From: Takakia lepidozioides
Lineage: Eukaryota > Plantae > Bryophyta
NCBI GenBank assembly: GCA_030704615.1
Contig: CM060734.1
Span: 22,878,001 to 22,942,000 of the forward strand
Reading direction: 5' to 3'
Length of the DNA: 64,000 bases
Under the pieces are notes generated by a model, which was given only the letters and a program-made list of their open reading frames with translations, had not been told where the DNA came from and ran no database searches. The translations under genes and the position numbers were made by a program. Numbering within the stretch: the first letter of the stretch is position 1; each line of letters starts with the position of its first letter. This document shows positions 13,991 to 26,341 of the stretch, one piece after another.

Positions 13991-14109
13991 ATTTTGAGGG
14001 TTCGAGAGGTCTTGCCCTCAGGTGTCTTGGTCTTGGAGGGTCGGGATGGCATAACTTGGAAGGACCATGTGCGTAATTGTGCGCCATGTCACCTTCCGAA
14101 TGTCGATGG

Positions 14110-14264
14110 CAGGTTTGAGGTGCATGTTGTGTGGGTCTGCTAAAGGGGCAGCCACCATGCTGGTGTGTGATCGATGCTCTAGAGGTTGGCATATGGGATA
14201 CTTGACTCCACCTCTTGAGATGGTTCCAGATGGGGATTGGTTATGTCCACATTGCATTGGATAG
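14110..14264 (+). CDS. PHD finger at integrase C-terminus
   Basis: CMLCGSAKGAATMLVCDRCSRGWHMGYLTPPLEMVPDGDWLCPHC fits the C4HC3 PHD consensus, with one Cys->Tyr. Confidence 0.88.
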
Positions 14265-14521
14265 TGGGAGTGGATACAACCATGGAAGGCTAACAAGAAA
14301 CGCAAGGCCCAACTAGGAGACCTTGAACACACGAGATCCTGGCTCAAGTTCACAGATTGCAAGACGGCGACTAACGATGGGGCTACTCTTGTACCCGGCC
14401 TCTTGGTCTATAGAGTTTGAGTACAATAGGGACAGTGATAGAGGACTTAGTACGGTTGTGGCTATTTCATCTTGTAGCTATCTGGAGGTAGAGGGACCTA
14501 TCCACCAGCTAGGGGGGCGAT

Positions 14522-14964
14522 TGTGGCAGACTACTTTATTGTGCATATATGTGTGGTGTGGTTTGGACAGCGATGTAGTTGTTGTAGCGATAGGTATGTG
14601 CACGACAGCTGTCAAGTTAAATAAGCACAGTGTGAAAACAGCTAGAATAAAACTAGTTATTTGTATTTAACACTTGGATTTAGGTCAAGTGTTAAATCAG
14701 GTGTCAAGTTTAGTTTGACACCTGGTCCGTCTTATCTTCACGAGAGCGGCAGTCGCGCGGCTCATCTCTCTCGAGTTGAGCCTGCGCGACCGAGCTCCTG
14801 CATTCTTAGATCTGAGTGTGCTTATGATGGGAGTGTAGGTTGTTGTGGGGTGGAGTCCCCATAGCTTGGGGTGCCCCTGGCTCGACTATTATCTTAAAGA
14901 GTGATGTTGAGGGATTGCAATTTTCTTGTGTTGAGAGTGTGTGTCCTTTTCTAGTTTGGTTATC
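14522..14964 (+). repeat. Complete 3' LTR (B1 14522-14607, GC, A2 14610-14964) preceded by PPT AGGGGGGCGA (14511-14520)
   Basis: Starts TGTGGCAG right after the polypurine tract; A2 matches A1. Confidence 0.92.
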
Positions 14965-14967
14965 TAT

Positions 14968-15052
14968 TGTGGCAGACTACTTTATTGTGCATATATGTGT
15001 GGTGTGGTTTGGACAGCGATGTAGTTGTGTAGCGATAGGTATGTGCACGACA
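14968..15052 (+). repeat. LTR segment B2 (extra copy of the LTR 5' ~85 bp)
   Basis: Near-identical to 14522-14607. Confidence 0.95.
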
Positions 15053-15520
15053 CACTTCTATGTGTTGCACCGTTTCCCTGACCTCACCCGAGCTTGCATA
15101 CACGTTGGTTCCCATTGTCACAAATTGGCGAGGGGGAACAAAAATGGCGCCGAATTACCTGTCATGAGGGGCCTATGCCGCGGAATTCGGCACATTTTTC
15201 GCCAGAGAGACCTATTACCGCGAAATACGTCGCCGTTTTTTCAGGTTACGGACTTTATTACCGCGAAATTCGGCGCCATATTTGCATATGTCGCTGGGAA
15301 TTGGCATGAGCGGAAGACGAAATATCATGAGCACAACTGTCAAAACTACAATTTTCCCTTCAAGGGGCCGAATAATATATTTGTTTTTCCTGACACATTG
15401 CATTAATTAATGTTTTTTTTATGTTTTTTATTTTCAAAATTTGTACTTACTTCTGCTCATGAAAACCGATTGTCTTACTACTCCGCTCATGCCGCTCATG
15501 CTCATGAAATAGCTAACCTC

Positions 15521-16241
15521 CATGGTGGGACCACATTGTATGCCCCAGAAGATTTCAGTTAGAGTTCGACCGTTAAAACATCTCAGGGGGGAAGACGATT
15601 CTGATACTATTGGTTCTTCAGCGAACTCTTTTGACATGGCAGAGGACTATGCAATTCAAATGGCAGAGAAGAACCGACGGGGTCTCCTATGCAGAAAGAT
15701 TACCTCGATATCCGCCAAAGGAAGGACTGCATTTCCAGGTAGTGCTCAATCATCTCCCTCAACCGGTGCTGTGGAGGCAAACATCCGACAGGGTCACACC
15801 ACACGGGCTCACACACGAAGTCCTTCACGAGACTCTCAACGTCACAAGGGTGCTCGCTCACAAAGGTTTGCTAATCCCAACCAGTAACCGTGAGGACACG
15901 GCTTTTTGGGAGGGGGAGGGGTAAATGTTAGAGGGCTGCTTGGGCTTAGACGCTTTTACGGGATTTCTGTGGGGTACCCTTAATTTTTACACAGACTGAG
16001 ACCAACAGGAACCTTAGGGGTGACAACAACAAGGCTTTAAGGGGGAGATACACAGCCGACACAGTCCATCACAGTCCAACACAGCCGACACAGTCACCAC
16101 AGCCGTCACAGTCTGACACAGCCACATCAGCTTCGCACAGCCAACATAGCCCGTCACAGCCAGACACAAGCCCCACAGCTTTGCAAAGCCCAACACAGCC
16201 TTCACAAGCCCGCTACAACCCGGCCACCAGCCCGCCACAGC
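15521..16241 (+). mobile_element. 3' remnant of a Gypsy related to 16242-30505 (3' ORF end, PPT, partial LTR from 15926)
   Basis: Diverged match to 29191-29800 (MVG.HCMPQ...GDEDSDT; GAGGACACGGCTTTT..GGGG..TGTTAGAGG). Confidence 0.85.
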
Positions 16242-17226
16242 TGTTAGAGGACTGTCGGGACTTAGACACTTATACGGGATCTGTAGGTACCCTTAATTTT
16301 TGCACAGACTGAGACCAACAGGAGCCTTAGGGGTGACAGCAGCGCACTGTAGAGGGGGTTACATACACAGCCCTCACAGTCGTCACAGCCACACACAACA
16401 ACCAACACACAGCCCCACACACAGTCGTCACAGCAGACACCAACCCGGCAAAGCCACACAGCCACACATCCAACACAGCCAAATCACAGTCGCAAACTCC
16501 TCTCACAGCCCCACACCATCCGTTCAGTTTTCACACATCACACAGCCAGTCACAGCTTGACACAGCTGTCACGATCATAGGGAACGAAGAGTAGGACAGG
16601 GAACGACTGTGGGGAATAACACCTGCGAAGGGAACGACTGTGGGGAACAACACCTGCGAAGGGAACATGTTAGTTCACAGACGACGGTTAGTGAGGGAAA
16701 CGGTTAGAACCACGGATAGGAAGATAAAGGGAGAACGGGGAATTGAGGGATATCATTCGGAGGAGGACTTCTTGGTCATGGGAGGAGAGGGGATCGGGCA
16801 GAGATGAAGAACGGAAGTGAAGATGAGAGATGATGAGTTAGATGCTTGATATATGCAAGGCTGTAATGATATTGTAGAGCAGATTAGAGACACAATGGCT
16901 TCGGCCTGATACCTGATAAATCATAATCGGATACTTTTACGATACAATCACACTGTGGTAGAGAGATCTGAGTGAAGCTGTGAATGAATGGATGAGTTGA
17001 TGGAATCCAATAGATTGATAAGCAAACTGATACTTAATTATCAATGGTAAGATAGCTAACATGAATACCAAAAGGGAAACAAATAAGAAACACCCCATGA
17101 TACACTAGCTGTAGGTCATGACTGATTTTTCTGCGCGGGCTGAGTACGTAGAGATTTTCCAACTCTTCTATCTTGGAGTTTCCGCCTCGAATAACGAAGG
17201 GATGGGTGAGTAAAAGCCGCGCGACA
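16242..17226 (+). repeat. 5' LTR (contains ACAGCC low-complexity tract)
   Basis: Direct repeat of 29571-30505. Confidence 0.95.
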
Positions 17227-18625
17227 TTTGGCGACCATACTGGGGACCTGAGACATGAACACCCAGATGTGACAGGCATCTGGTGGGATCATGGTGTTTG
17301 GACCATTAAAGAATTTGAAGTGAATCAAATTCCCTGTGGAACGAAGGAAGAAAGATTGTCCAAACAATTCTTTCAAAGGTTCTTGGAATTGCCAGACGGT
17401 TAAAGAAAATATTCTTAAGCGAGTGCATGATGCGATCCGATCCGGAATGGGGCTGGAGAAAGGAGTGATAAAGATTTATCAGGTAGCCTGTAGAGGAAGA
17501 GCACGTTGGTTTACCAACATTGGGTTTATGTGATAGCATTGCATTGCTATCCATTAAACGAGTAGAGTTTGAAGGCTGGGAAGAAAGAAAGGTGAATGTT
17601 TATACTCATATGCATGAAGAGCTTGTACTGGTAAAGAATTGGATTCCAAAGGATATTTGTGGATCAAACTCACACCAAGAACATCTTTTCAGACTTGTTT
17701 GCCATATGGTTATATGGTAACGGAGACTTCAAGTATAGCCAAGGGTGCATTGAAGCTTGAAAGAACCCAGGCATATACGAGAGATATTACAGAAGAGAGT
17801 TTTGGTTATTGCCACATTAAAAGAAATGAAAGACATGGGACATGAGTGATGAAAGAGAAGCTAGAACGACAGAGATATTCAGCAAAAAGAGAAAGCTATC
17901 TGAAAGCTAATTATCCATATCTTTGGGAGAGAGGAATAGACATAGGGGAATCATCTGGACCTCTTACACCATTAAGATCAAAGAGTACATCACCTATACC
18001 GGAAGAACTAGAGTTGGATGCCACTCCTTCTGTTTCTTTGCAAGAAAGATTAAGGGAATTGGTACAGGAAGAAGATCAATCACGAGGTGAAAGATCTGAG
18101 GTACATCCTTGGATAAAAGACTTGACAGAAATCTTGATAAGAGTTGGCATGGAACACCAAAGCAGGAATCCAGTTTCTGAAGCAGAAGGTGAAGAAGGAG
18201 AAGAGGATGTGGCAGAGCCAACGGAGAGTTCAGACTCTCCAAACCATTACAGTTGAGTTACATGAGTGAAGAAGAAACCCAAGGGCAGAACTTGGAGGAT
18301 GAAAAAGAGAGAAGAAATTAGAAGAGGAAGAATATGAAGAAGTAGACCCAACAGCTGAGGTTGAGACTACAACCAGGACATCCCAACCCGTTGGACCTGG
18401 ATCAGTGGGCACTTGGATCACAGGCCAACGAAGGTGTCGGCTCAGGGGGATCAGGCGGGCTGCCTGGATCTGGCTCTGGGGGGACAGGGAGTGTGAGAAG
18501 TAGTGCAACTGAAGCTGGGAAACTGTGATATCGTGGGGCCAGAAGCAGGGAGTGCTCAAGGGCCACCACTTGGTGGAAGATCCACCACAAAAACAACAGG
18601 TCCAGAAGGACCAGCACCAGCAAGG

Positions 18626-19125
18626 NNNNNNNNNNNNNNNNNNNNNNNNNNNNNNNNNNNNNNNNNNNNNNNNNNNNNNNNNNNNNNNNNNNNNNNNNNN
18701 NNNNNNNNNNNNNNNNNNNNNNNNNNNNNNNNNNNNNNNNNNNNNNNNNNNNNNNNNNNNNNNNNNNNNNNNNNNNNNNNNNNNNNNNNNNNNNNNNNNN
18801 NNNNNNNNNNNNNNNNNNNNNNNNNNNNNNNNNNNNNNNNNNNNNNNNNNNNNNNNNNNNNNNNNNNNNNNNNNNNNNNNNNNNNNNNNNNNNNNNNNNN
18901 NNNNNNNNNNNNNNNNNNNNNNNNNNNNNNNNNNNNNNNNNNNNNNNNNNNNNNNNNNNNNNNNNNNNNNNNNNNNNNNNNNNNNNNNNNNNNNNNNNNN
19001 NNNNNNNNNNNNNNNNNNNNNNNNNNNNNNNNNNNNNNNNNNNNNNNNNNNNNNNNNNNNNNNNNNNNNNNNNNNNNNNNNNNNNNNNNNNNNNNNNNNN
19101 NNNNNNNNNNNNNNNNNNNNNNNNN
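18626..19125. other. Assembly gap (500 N) with duplicated flanks
   Basis: Run of N; 18025-18625 is repeated with indels at 19126-19720. Confidence 0.99.
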
Positions 19126-19749
19126 TTCCTTCTGTTTCTTTTGCAAGAAAGGAGTAAGGAATTGGTACATGGAGAATCATCAACACGATGTGAAATATCT
19201 GAGTACATCCCTGGATAAAGATTGACAGAAATCTTTGATAAGAGTTGGCATGGAACACCAAAAGCAGGAACTCCAGTTCTGAAGCAGAAGTGAAGAAGGA
19301 GAAGAGGATGTGGCAGAGCCAACGGAGAGTTCAAACTCTCCAACAACATTACAGTTTGAGTTACATGAGTGAAGAAGAAACCCCAAGGCAGAACTTGAGG
19401 ATGAAAACCGAGAGAAGAATTGGAAAGGAAGGATATGAAGAAGTAGACCAAACTGAGGTTGAGACTACAACCAAGGACATCCCGACCCCGTTGGACCTGA
19501 TCAAGTGGAGCACTTTGATCACAAGCCAACGAAGGTTCGGCTCAGGGGATCAGGCGGCTGCCTGGATCTGGCTCTGGGGGACAGGGAGTGTGGAAGTAGT
19601 GCAACTGAAGCTGGGATATCGTGAATATCGTGGGGCCGGAAGCAGGGAGTGCTCAAGGGCCACCACTTGGTGGAAATCCACCCACAAAAACAACAGGTCC
19701 AGAGGACCAAGCACCAGCAAGGGTGCCACACCTGTCAGTGGGCAGAAGG

Positions 19750-22700
19750 TAGGCCACAGATGGCGTTACAACCCAACACGGGCAAAACACCCTTTCCAAT
19801 ATATTCAGGAAAAGGGATCCCGATGTACACATAGCCAATTTGAGCACATGTGTATAGTGAACAATGAGAATGGCGATGATGCCAAGATGAGATTGTTTCC
19901 TTGTTCACTTATCAAGAAAGCAAGTGAATGGTATGCAAGATTCCTGATAATCATTTCCTAACCTGGAATGGCTTGAATACAACATTTTCGAAATAGGTTC
20001 AGGACATAAAACTGAGGATGAAGTGTATGGAAGTTTACAACAGTTGAAGCAGAAGAAGCATGAAACTGTTGAGGAGTATATGAAAGATGGAATTGATGAT
20101 GAAGCTGGCTGCAGTACCAGCACCCGGTTTACAGAAGACTTGGTTTGTGAGTGGACTAAGACCAGAGTTGCAAAAGAAAGTGGATATGTTACCCCATAAT
20201 ACAGTGGAGGAGGCATTTGAACTGCAAACAGAATTGAGCATTTGGGAATGCTCAGGAGAGAGAAAAAGGATGATGAGGACTCTGAGGATGAGTCAGATGA
20301 AGAAGAAGCAAGAACTAAAATGAAAGAGTAAGAGAAAGGAGAAGTTGAAGAGGGATAACTATGAAAAAGATTGGAAGAAATCTTGAAGAAGTATGCCACA
20401 AGGCTGCCACACATTGGGAAAGGTGTATGGTGTGCAAAGTGCCAGAATGAAGGCCATACCACCACAGAATGCCACATGAAGGAGAAACACTGTACTATCT
20501 GTAAAATGGATAACCATTCTACTGAGATTTTTACTACAACAGAAGGACAGCTGCAAGAGAACCTAGGCAAGTAAGGGTGCATCAGGTGCAGCCCGCCAAG
20601 AAGAAACAATGATCAGACCACTATGGTAGGTCTGGTGGTTATAACAATGGCATGGAAGGGAGAGTAATTCAAGAGGGAATTACCAAGGAAATTCCAGAGG
20701 CAACTATCAGGGTAATCCAAGGGGAATTACCAGCCCGGGAATCAGGATTATAGAATAATCCAAGAACAGACCAGGGCGAGACCCAATGGTGAAGAACTAT
20801 GTACTTTGTAATCGCAGCCAGGACATCGCAAGGCAGCCTGTTCATTCTGGATAAGACCCAGAATGAGATGAGAGCTCCTGTGAATGAGGGCCCAGTGGTG
20901 GCAGCTCACATGGTTAGGCCATGTGTTGTACCAGAAGTAAGTACAATGATAGTAACAGAAGTAAAGCCAAACTAATACCTCCAGTAGTAGAGGGAAAAGA
21001 TGATAATGAAGGTGGCAATGATATGCCTGAAGATGAAGAGACTTGGAAAGATGAGAAGGAACTGCACAAGGAAGTGGCAGATACTATAAGGGAAATGCAG
21101 AAGAGTACTGATATTCCTGTGGCAGATTCCTCTGATTCTGATGGAGAAGAAGAAGGGAGTGAGGAAGAAAGGAAGAAAGAAGATGCAGACATGCAAAGTA
21201 ATGAAGACTTTGGCTGAAGTAATATGCCAGACAAAGCAGAAATTACCATTGGACAGCTATTAGCTGTGGCACCTTATTGTAGCACAGGCTGTATCAAGCA
21301 ATCAATCGAATTGCCCAGGACACAGGAAACCAGACCTGAACAGCAAGGTGACCAGTTATAATGTGAAGCCGGAAGGGCGAGAAACAGTCATGGACTTTGA
21401 TGATTCTATGCCAGTAATCCAATTGAGAATTGGAAGCACAGAACTAACTGATGTACTGAGATGGAGGTTCTCTGGAGTAAATATCATGACAGACCAATTA
21501 AGGAAGAAGCTTGGTCTAAGTAACATGAAACCAGCCCCATTTACAGTAACAATGGCAGATCAAAGAAGTGTACAGCCATTGGGATTAATAAGAGGAGTTA
21601 AGATACAGATACAAAAGATGATCTTTATGATCACAGTAACTGTGTTGAAAATGGATGAAGTCATGGAGGCTTACTCCTTATTATTGGGACGTCCGTGGCT
21701 GAAACAGGCCAGGGTATTCCATGACTGGAATTCTCAGTTACTAACCGTGCATAATGGGATACACGAGATACAAATTACCACAAAGAAATCTAGTAGATTA
21801 CCTGCTACCAGAAGACCTCGAGGAGTCAAAGAGTATGACTGGCAAGGAGGACTGATGTGACATGAAAGCTAACCCTATTTGGCTGCACACCCCGGTGGGA
21901 GCATTCAGAGATGGCAGCTGAACTGCCGAATTGTTTGAGAGTTATCTGCTGTGGTGTCTGACAGCAACACAACTGAAGAGGAAACCAGCATTTACCCATC
22001 ACATTTCTATGAAGAAATGAAGGAGAAAGAAATCCTAGAAGAACCAGCCACTGTGATCTTATAGGATGAAGTGGTGACTGGTTGGACAATCACAGCTGAT
22101 GAGCAAGGTGAGGAAGTAAATGTGGGAACTAAAGAATGAACCGAGGATGGTGAAAGTAGGAGCTGATTTGGAGCCGGAATTCTTCGAAGAAGGCTAAAAG
22201 CTTGTTCAAATCAATACATAGATTTATTTGCTTGCGTCTATGAGGATCTAAAAGGGATACCCCCTGAAGTCTGTCAGCATAAGATTGAACTGGAACCAGG
22301 GTCAGTACCAATCAAGCAGGCGAGGTATAGAATGAATCCCAACTACGCACAGAAGGTTGGAGAAGAGATAAAGAAGTTGGCTGAGGCTACTTTTATAATA
22401 CCCAATTAGAGTATACCCCTTGGTTGTCACCCCTTGTTATAGTTCCCCAAGAAGAATGGCAAACTAAGAGTATGTGTGAACTATAAGAAGCTTCATGCTT
22501 GTACGAAGAAAGATCCTTTCCCTTTGCCATTCACAGAAGCAGTATTAGACACTGTGGCAGGCCATGAGATGTACTCATTCATGGATGGCTTCAGTGGTTA
22601 TAATCAAGTGCAAGTGGCAGAATAAGACCAGGGAAACAAGCTTTCATCACATCGGGGGGCTTATGCATACAAAGTCATGCCCTTTGGACTTTGTAATGCA

Positions 22701-24900
22701 CCACCAGCTACCTTCAGAGAGTGATAAGTTGACTCTTTTCATGACTCTGGATGATTTCATTCATGCAGGTTTCTTGGATGATTTCGGTGTAACCTCTAAG
22801 AATGAGCACTTGCATAAATTGGAGTTATGTTTGGCCAGATGCATGATGAGAGGTCGGGCTTGAATCCAGAGAAGTGTACTTTCTGTGTGAACTCAGGGGT
22901 GCTTCTGGACACATTGTGTGTAAGAAGGGACTCCTTGTGGATCCCAGAAAGACAGAGTCCATTAAAGCCTCTCCCCACCAGTGAATGTTAAAAGTCTAAG
23001 GAGATTCCTTGGGCAAACCAGTTATTACAGAAGATTTTGTCAAAAGGTATGCACAAATAGCAGCACATTGAGCAAACTACTGAAGAAAGATGCAGTGTTT
23101 TGCCTGGACAGCTGAATGTCAACAGGCGTTTGAGGAATTACACTGTCAGTAACAACTACACCTGTGCTGATTAACCCTCACTGGCATGTAGTATTTCATG
23201 TTCACTGCGATGCATCAGAGAAGCGTTGGGAGCGGTGTTAGCACAGAATGTTACATGAATATATCATTCACCTGTGTACTATGCTAGCCGGTTGATGAAC
23301 AGTGCTGAAGGAACTATAGCACAACGGAAAGAGAAGCATGGCAATGATCTATTAGTGAAGAAATTCAGGCATTACCTTACCTGTTGGGCAAGAAGTTTTA
23401 GTGTTCTATGTGGATCACCAGGCTCTGATATACCTGGTAAACAAACCTCTGAATAAGCGGAAGAATAGCAAGATGGTTGATAATCTTGCAACACGAGTTT
23501 GAGTTCGATGTTTGTTTACAAGCCTGGGAGACTGCATCTTGTGGCGGATCATTTCATTTGTCACGGTTCAACAGGAGAACCAGCCACAGGAATAGATGAT
23601 CAATTACCAGATGCGAGTCTCTTTGCAGTGGAGGTGCAGGGAAGTGCAGATGACTGGTTAGATTGGCAGTGGCCAATCAGATACTACCTTGCTCAGGTCA
23701 GTGCCCACCTAGTTATGGTAAGGAGCAGAGGAAGAGAATCGCTATCAAAGCTTTACCTTATACTATGGTAGGAAGCAGAATGTATAAGCTAGGACCTGAT
23801 GGAGTACTAAAACGATGCTTGTACCACCATGAAGTAAATAAAGTTTTGGAGGAAGTTCATAAAGGAGTGGCTGGAGGTCATTTTGGAGAAGAGACTACCA
23901 GTAGGAGATACTACTCGCAGGTTACTGTTGGCCTACTTTGTTCAAAGATGTACACGAGTATTGTCAGAGTTGTGATGAATGTCAGAGGCTAGGACCTTTG
24001 CAGAGATCTGGAAAGGATGCCTTGCATCCTACCATGCCTACGGAACCATTTCAGAAATGGGGACTAGACTTTGTTGGACCAATTAACCCCCAGCCAAGAA
24101 TACACGGAACAGGTATATAATTACAGCCCTGATTATACTACGAAGTGGGTGGAAGCTAAAGCTCTGAGGGACAACACAGCCAAGTCCACAGCAAGGTTCC
24201 AGTATGAGAACATACTTACAACGATTTGGCTGTCCCTTAGAATTTATCAGTGATCAGGGAAGTCACTTCATGAATGAGACCATTGAGTTGTTGACTAAAG
24301 AGTTCATGATTGTACATAGAAAGAGTACAACATATTACCCACAGGGTAATGGGCAAGCAGAGGCTACCAACAAAATACTATGTACTATCTTGGCTAAGAT
24401 AGTCAATGCAAACAGAACGGATTGGGATACAAAGCTGCTGACAGCTTTGTGGTCATACAAGACTTCATACAAAGTCACCACTAAGTATACACCATTCCAA
24501 TTAGTTTTATGGTATGGAAGCCTTACTTCCATGGAATTCTGTTACCTACCATGAGAACGGAGTGGGGAAAGAGAATGGAATTGCAAGATTCCATTAAGGT
24601 CAGGAAACATGATTATACCATGTGGAAGAAGTACGTGCTGATGCAGCTGATAATATGACCAGAATTCAGATGAAGAGAAAGGAACAGTTTGATGAAGGCA
24701 AGTTAAAGACTTTTAAGACGGGGATTTGGTTCTATGGTTGCAGAAGAAAGGAAAGATTAAGCTTCTAAGCTTAAATCACCATGGAAAGGACCTTATGTCA
24801 TACAAAAGATGTATGATAACAACACCGCCATGTTACAAACCATAATAAAGAAATGCTGGGAAGAGTCAATGCCAATAATTGAAGGGGTACAGTGGTATCC
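19750..24900 (+). pseudogene. Gypsy gag-PR-RT-RH-IN, heavily frameshifted
   Basis: CAKCQNEGH..EC zinc knuckle; LLGRPWL; MDGFSGYNQ, MPFGL; YYASR; GGHFG, KWGLDFVGP, DQGSHF, YPQGNGQAE. Confidence 0.92.
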
Positions 24901-25029
24901 ATGACAAACCCATTGCAGCATGATTTCATGTTGAAACGCAAGAGCAGTCACCCCGGCTGCACGGGGTTACAACGGAGTATGGAGCACTTGTCGCTAGGCC
25001 AAGCACATATGATCAGGGTGGGCAAAATA

Positions 25030-25305
25030 GCGTGACACAGCCTATCACAGCCCTCAAGGCGAACCACAGCCTATCACAGCTCATCACGACGTGACACAAG
25101 CCTATCACACAGCCAATCAAGGCAAAGCACAGCCTATCACAGCCCAGCACGGCGCGACACAGCCTATCACAACCTCCATAGCGTGTCACAGCCTATCACA
25201 GCTTACCACACATATCACAGCCTATCACAGCTTACCACAGTGCATCACAACCTATCACAAGTGTACCCCAGTATGACACAGCCTGTCACAGCTCAACACA
25301 GCCTA
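25030..25305. repeat. CACAGCCTAT(CA) short tandem repeat downstream of pol
   Basis: About 10 imperfect copies, related to the ACAGCC tract in the LTR. Confidence 0.8.
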
Positions 25306-26341
25306 CTAGGGTTACACGATCCTAGAATCAGTGACAGGTGGACGCATAATAACTTCAGGAAAATGGCTGACGGAAGAAAAAACGGAAACTAGTTTAAAAT
25401 AGACACGTGGAGTTCAGGGCGCGACACACAGCTGAGAAGGAAGTGCAAGACAGGTGTCATAAAGAAAGAGGACAAGAACGGCCGTCAAAAGGGATGAAAG
25501 GCGGGCCCATTAATGAATACGGAAAAGGAAACGGAACGAACGGCAAGTACAGAAAAGCGAAATTCTTGTCACATGTGTGATCCTAGTGGACTATCCAGCA
25601 GGAAAGTCCACTAAAGAAAATAAAATCTAAAATCCAGTCACAGCGGAGACAGCCAATAGAAAACCAAGGAAAGGATCAGAAAATGGAGGGAAATTGAGCG
25701 CAAGAGGCGGCGTCGTTCTGAGAAACGGGCGTCTCGACGGGACAGACCATCAATGCTATAGCTTGGAAACTATGGAGGAACTAACAGGATTATACGCTCG
25801 CAATATTACTTACGCAGCATAGACACAAAGAACAGAGCGGAGCTTTTCTCTTGAGCGATGCTTGCAAGCCCCGCAAGCTTACAAGAAATTACCCATAGCC
25901 TTCTGTGGCAACCATACGTTTATGCTTTGTGCACTACAGGCATTTCTGTAGTTGTTACAGCCAAAACAGTTCTGTGAGTCTAAAATGAAGAGAGTGAGAG
26001 GAATGGAGGAAATCAGGGTGAAGAGCACCACAATTCTGCAGAAACAAACGATTGCTACCCCACAGCGATACAGATACTGGAGGAGCTGAGATTGCAAGGA
26101 TTGCAAAGCCTAGATTGGACATTACACCATAGACAGTACATGTTACAATTTTTTGCAGAACTTTGAGCCAAGGACAGGAACAACATCGGTGAAGGGAGTT
26201 GAATTGATGATTACTCCCCTATACCTCCAGCAATTGTTTCGATTGCCAGCAGGTCAGGTGCATGTGGAGGAACACAGGGCAAGACTGCAAATAGGGGACT
26301 TATTCCAAGAAAGGGAGTTTCCTTAAAACTCAGGGTTATGC

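Larger units (their letters stand above)
3882..15052 (+). mobile_element. Ty3/Gypsy LTR retrotransposon with C5-DNMT and PHD domains and split/permuted LTRs
   Basis: Ends TGTC...GACA with CACT duplicated on both sides (3878-3881, 15053-15056); the flanks rejoin the MULE transposase. Domain order gag-PR-DNMT-RT-RH-IN-PHD. Confidence 0.93.
2874..15138 (+). pseudogene. MULE transposase N-terminal part (2874-3881 + 15053-15138), split by the Gypsy insertion; DDE core deleted
   Basis: MAENPSATVY...DGHPW...CAG.LRC..P.C matches 55061-56151. It resumes at 15053 (HFYVLHRFPDLTRACIHVGSHCH), then jumps to sequence matching ~59097. Confidence 0.9.
1..15520 (+). mobile_element. MULE family copy 1 (left end outside window; internally deleted; interrupted by Gypsy 3882-15052)
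   Basis: Near-identical to the 53690-56151 and 59097-59486 parts of the complete copy. Right terminus ...GCTCATGAAATAGCTAACCTC ends at 15520, followed by unrelated Gypsy sequence. Confidence 0.9.

Noticed and set aside
3882-15052. DIRS/Ngaro tyrosine-recombinase element
   Set aside because: Despite the split repeats it has a protease, DDE integrase, PPT and TSD; no recombinase motif recognised.
18230-19529. Long ORFs spanning the N run, and the ~600-bp duplication
   Set aside because: Gap artefacts; the duplication is probably an unmerged contig overlap.
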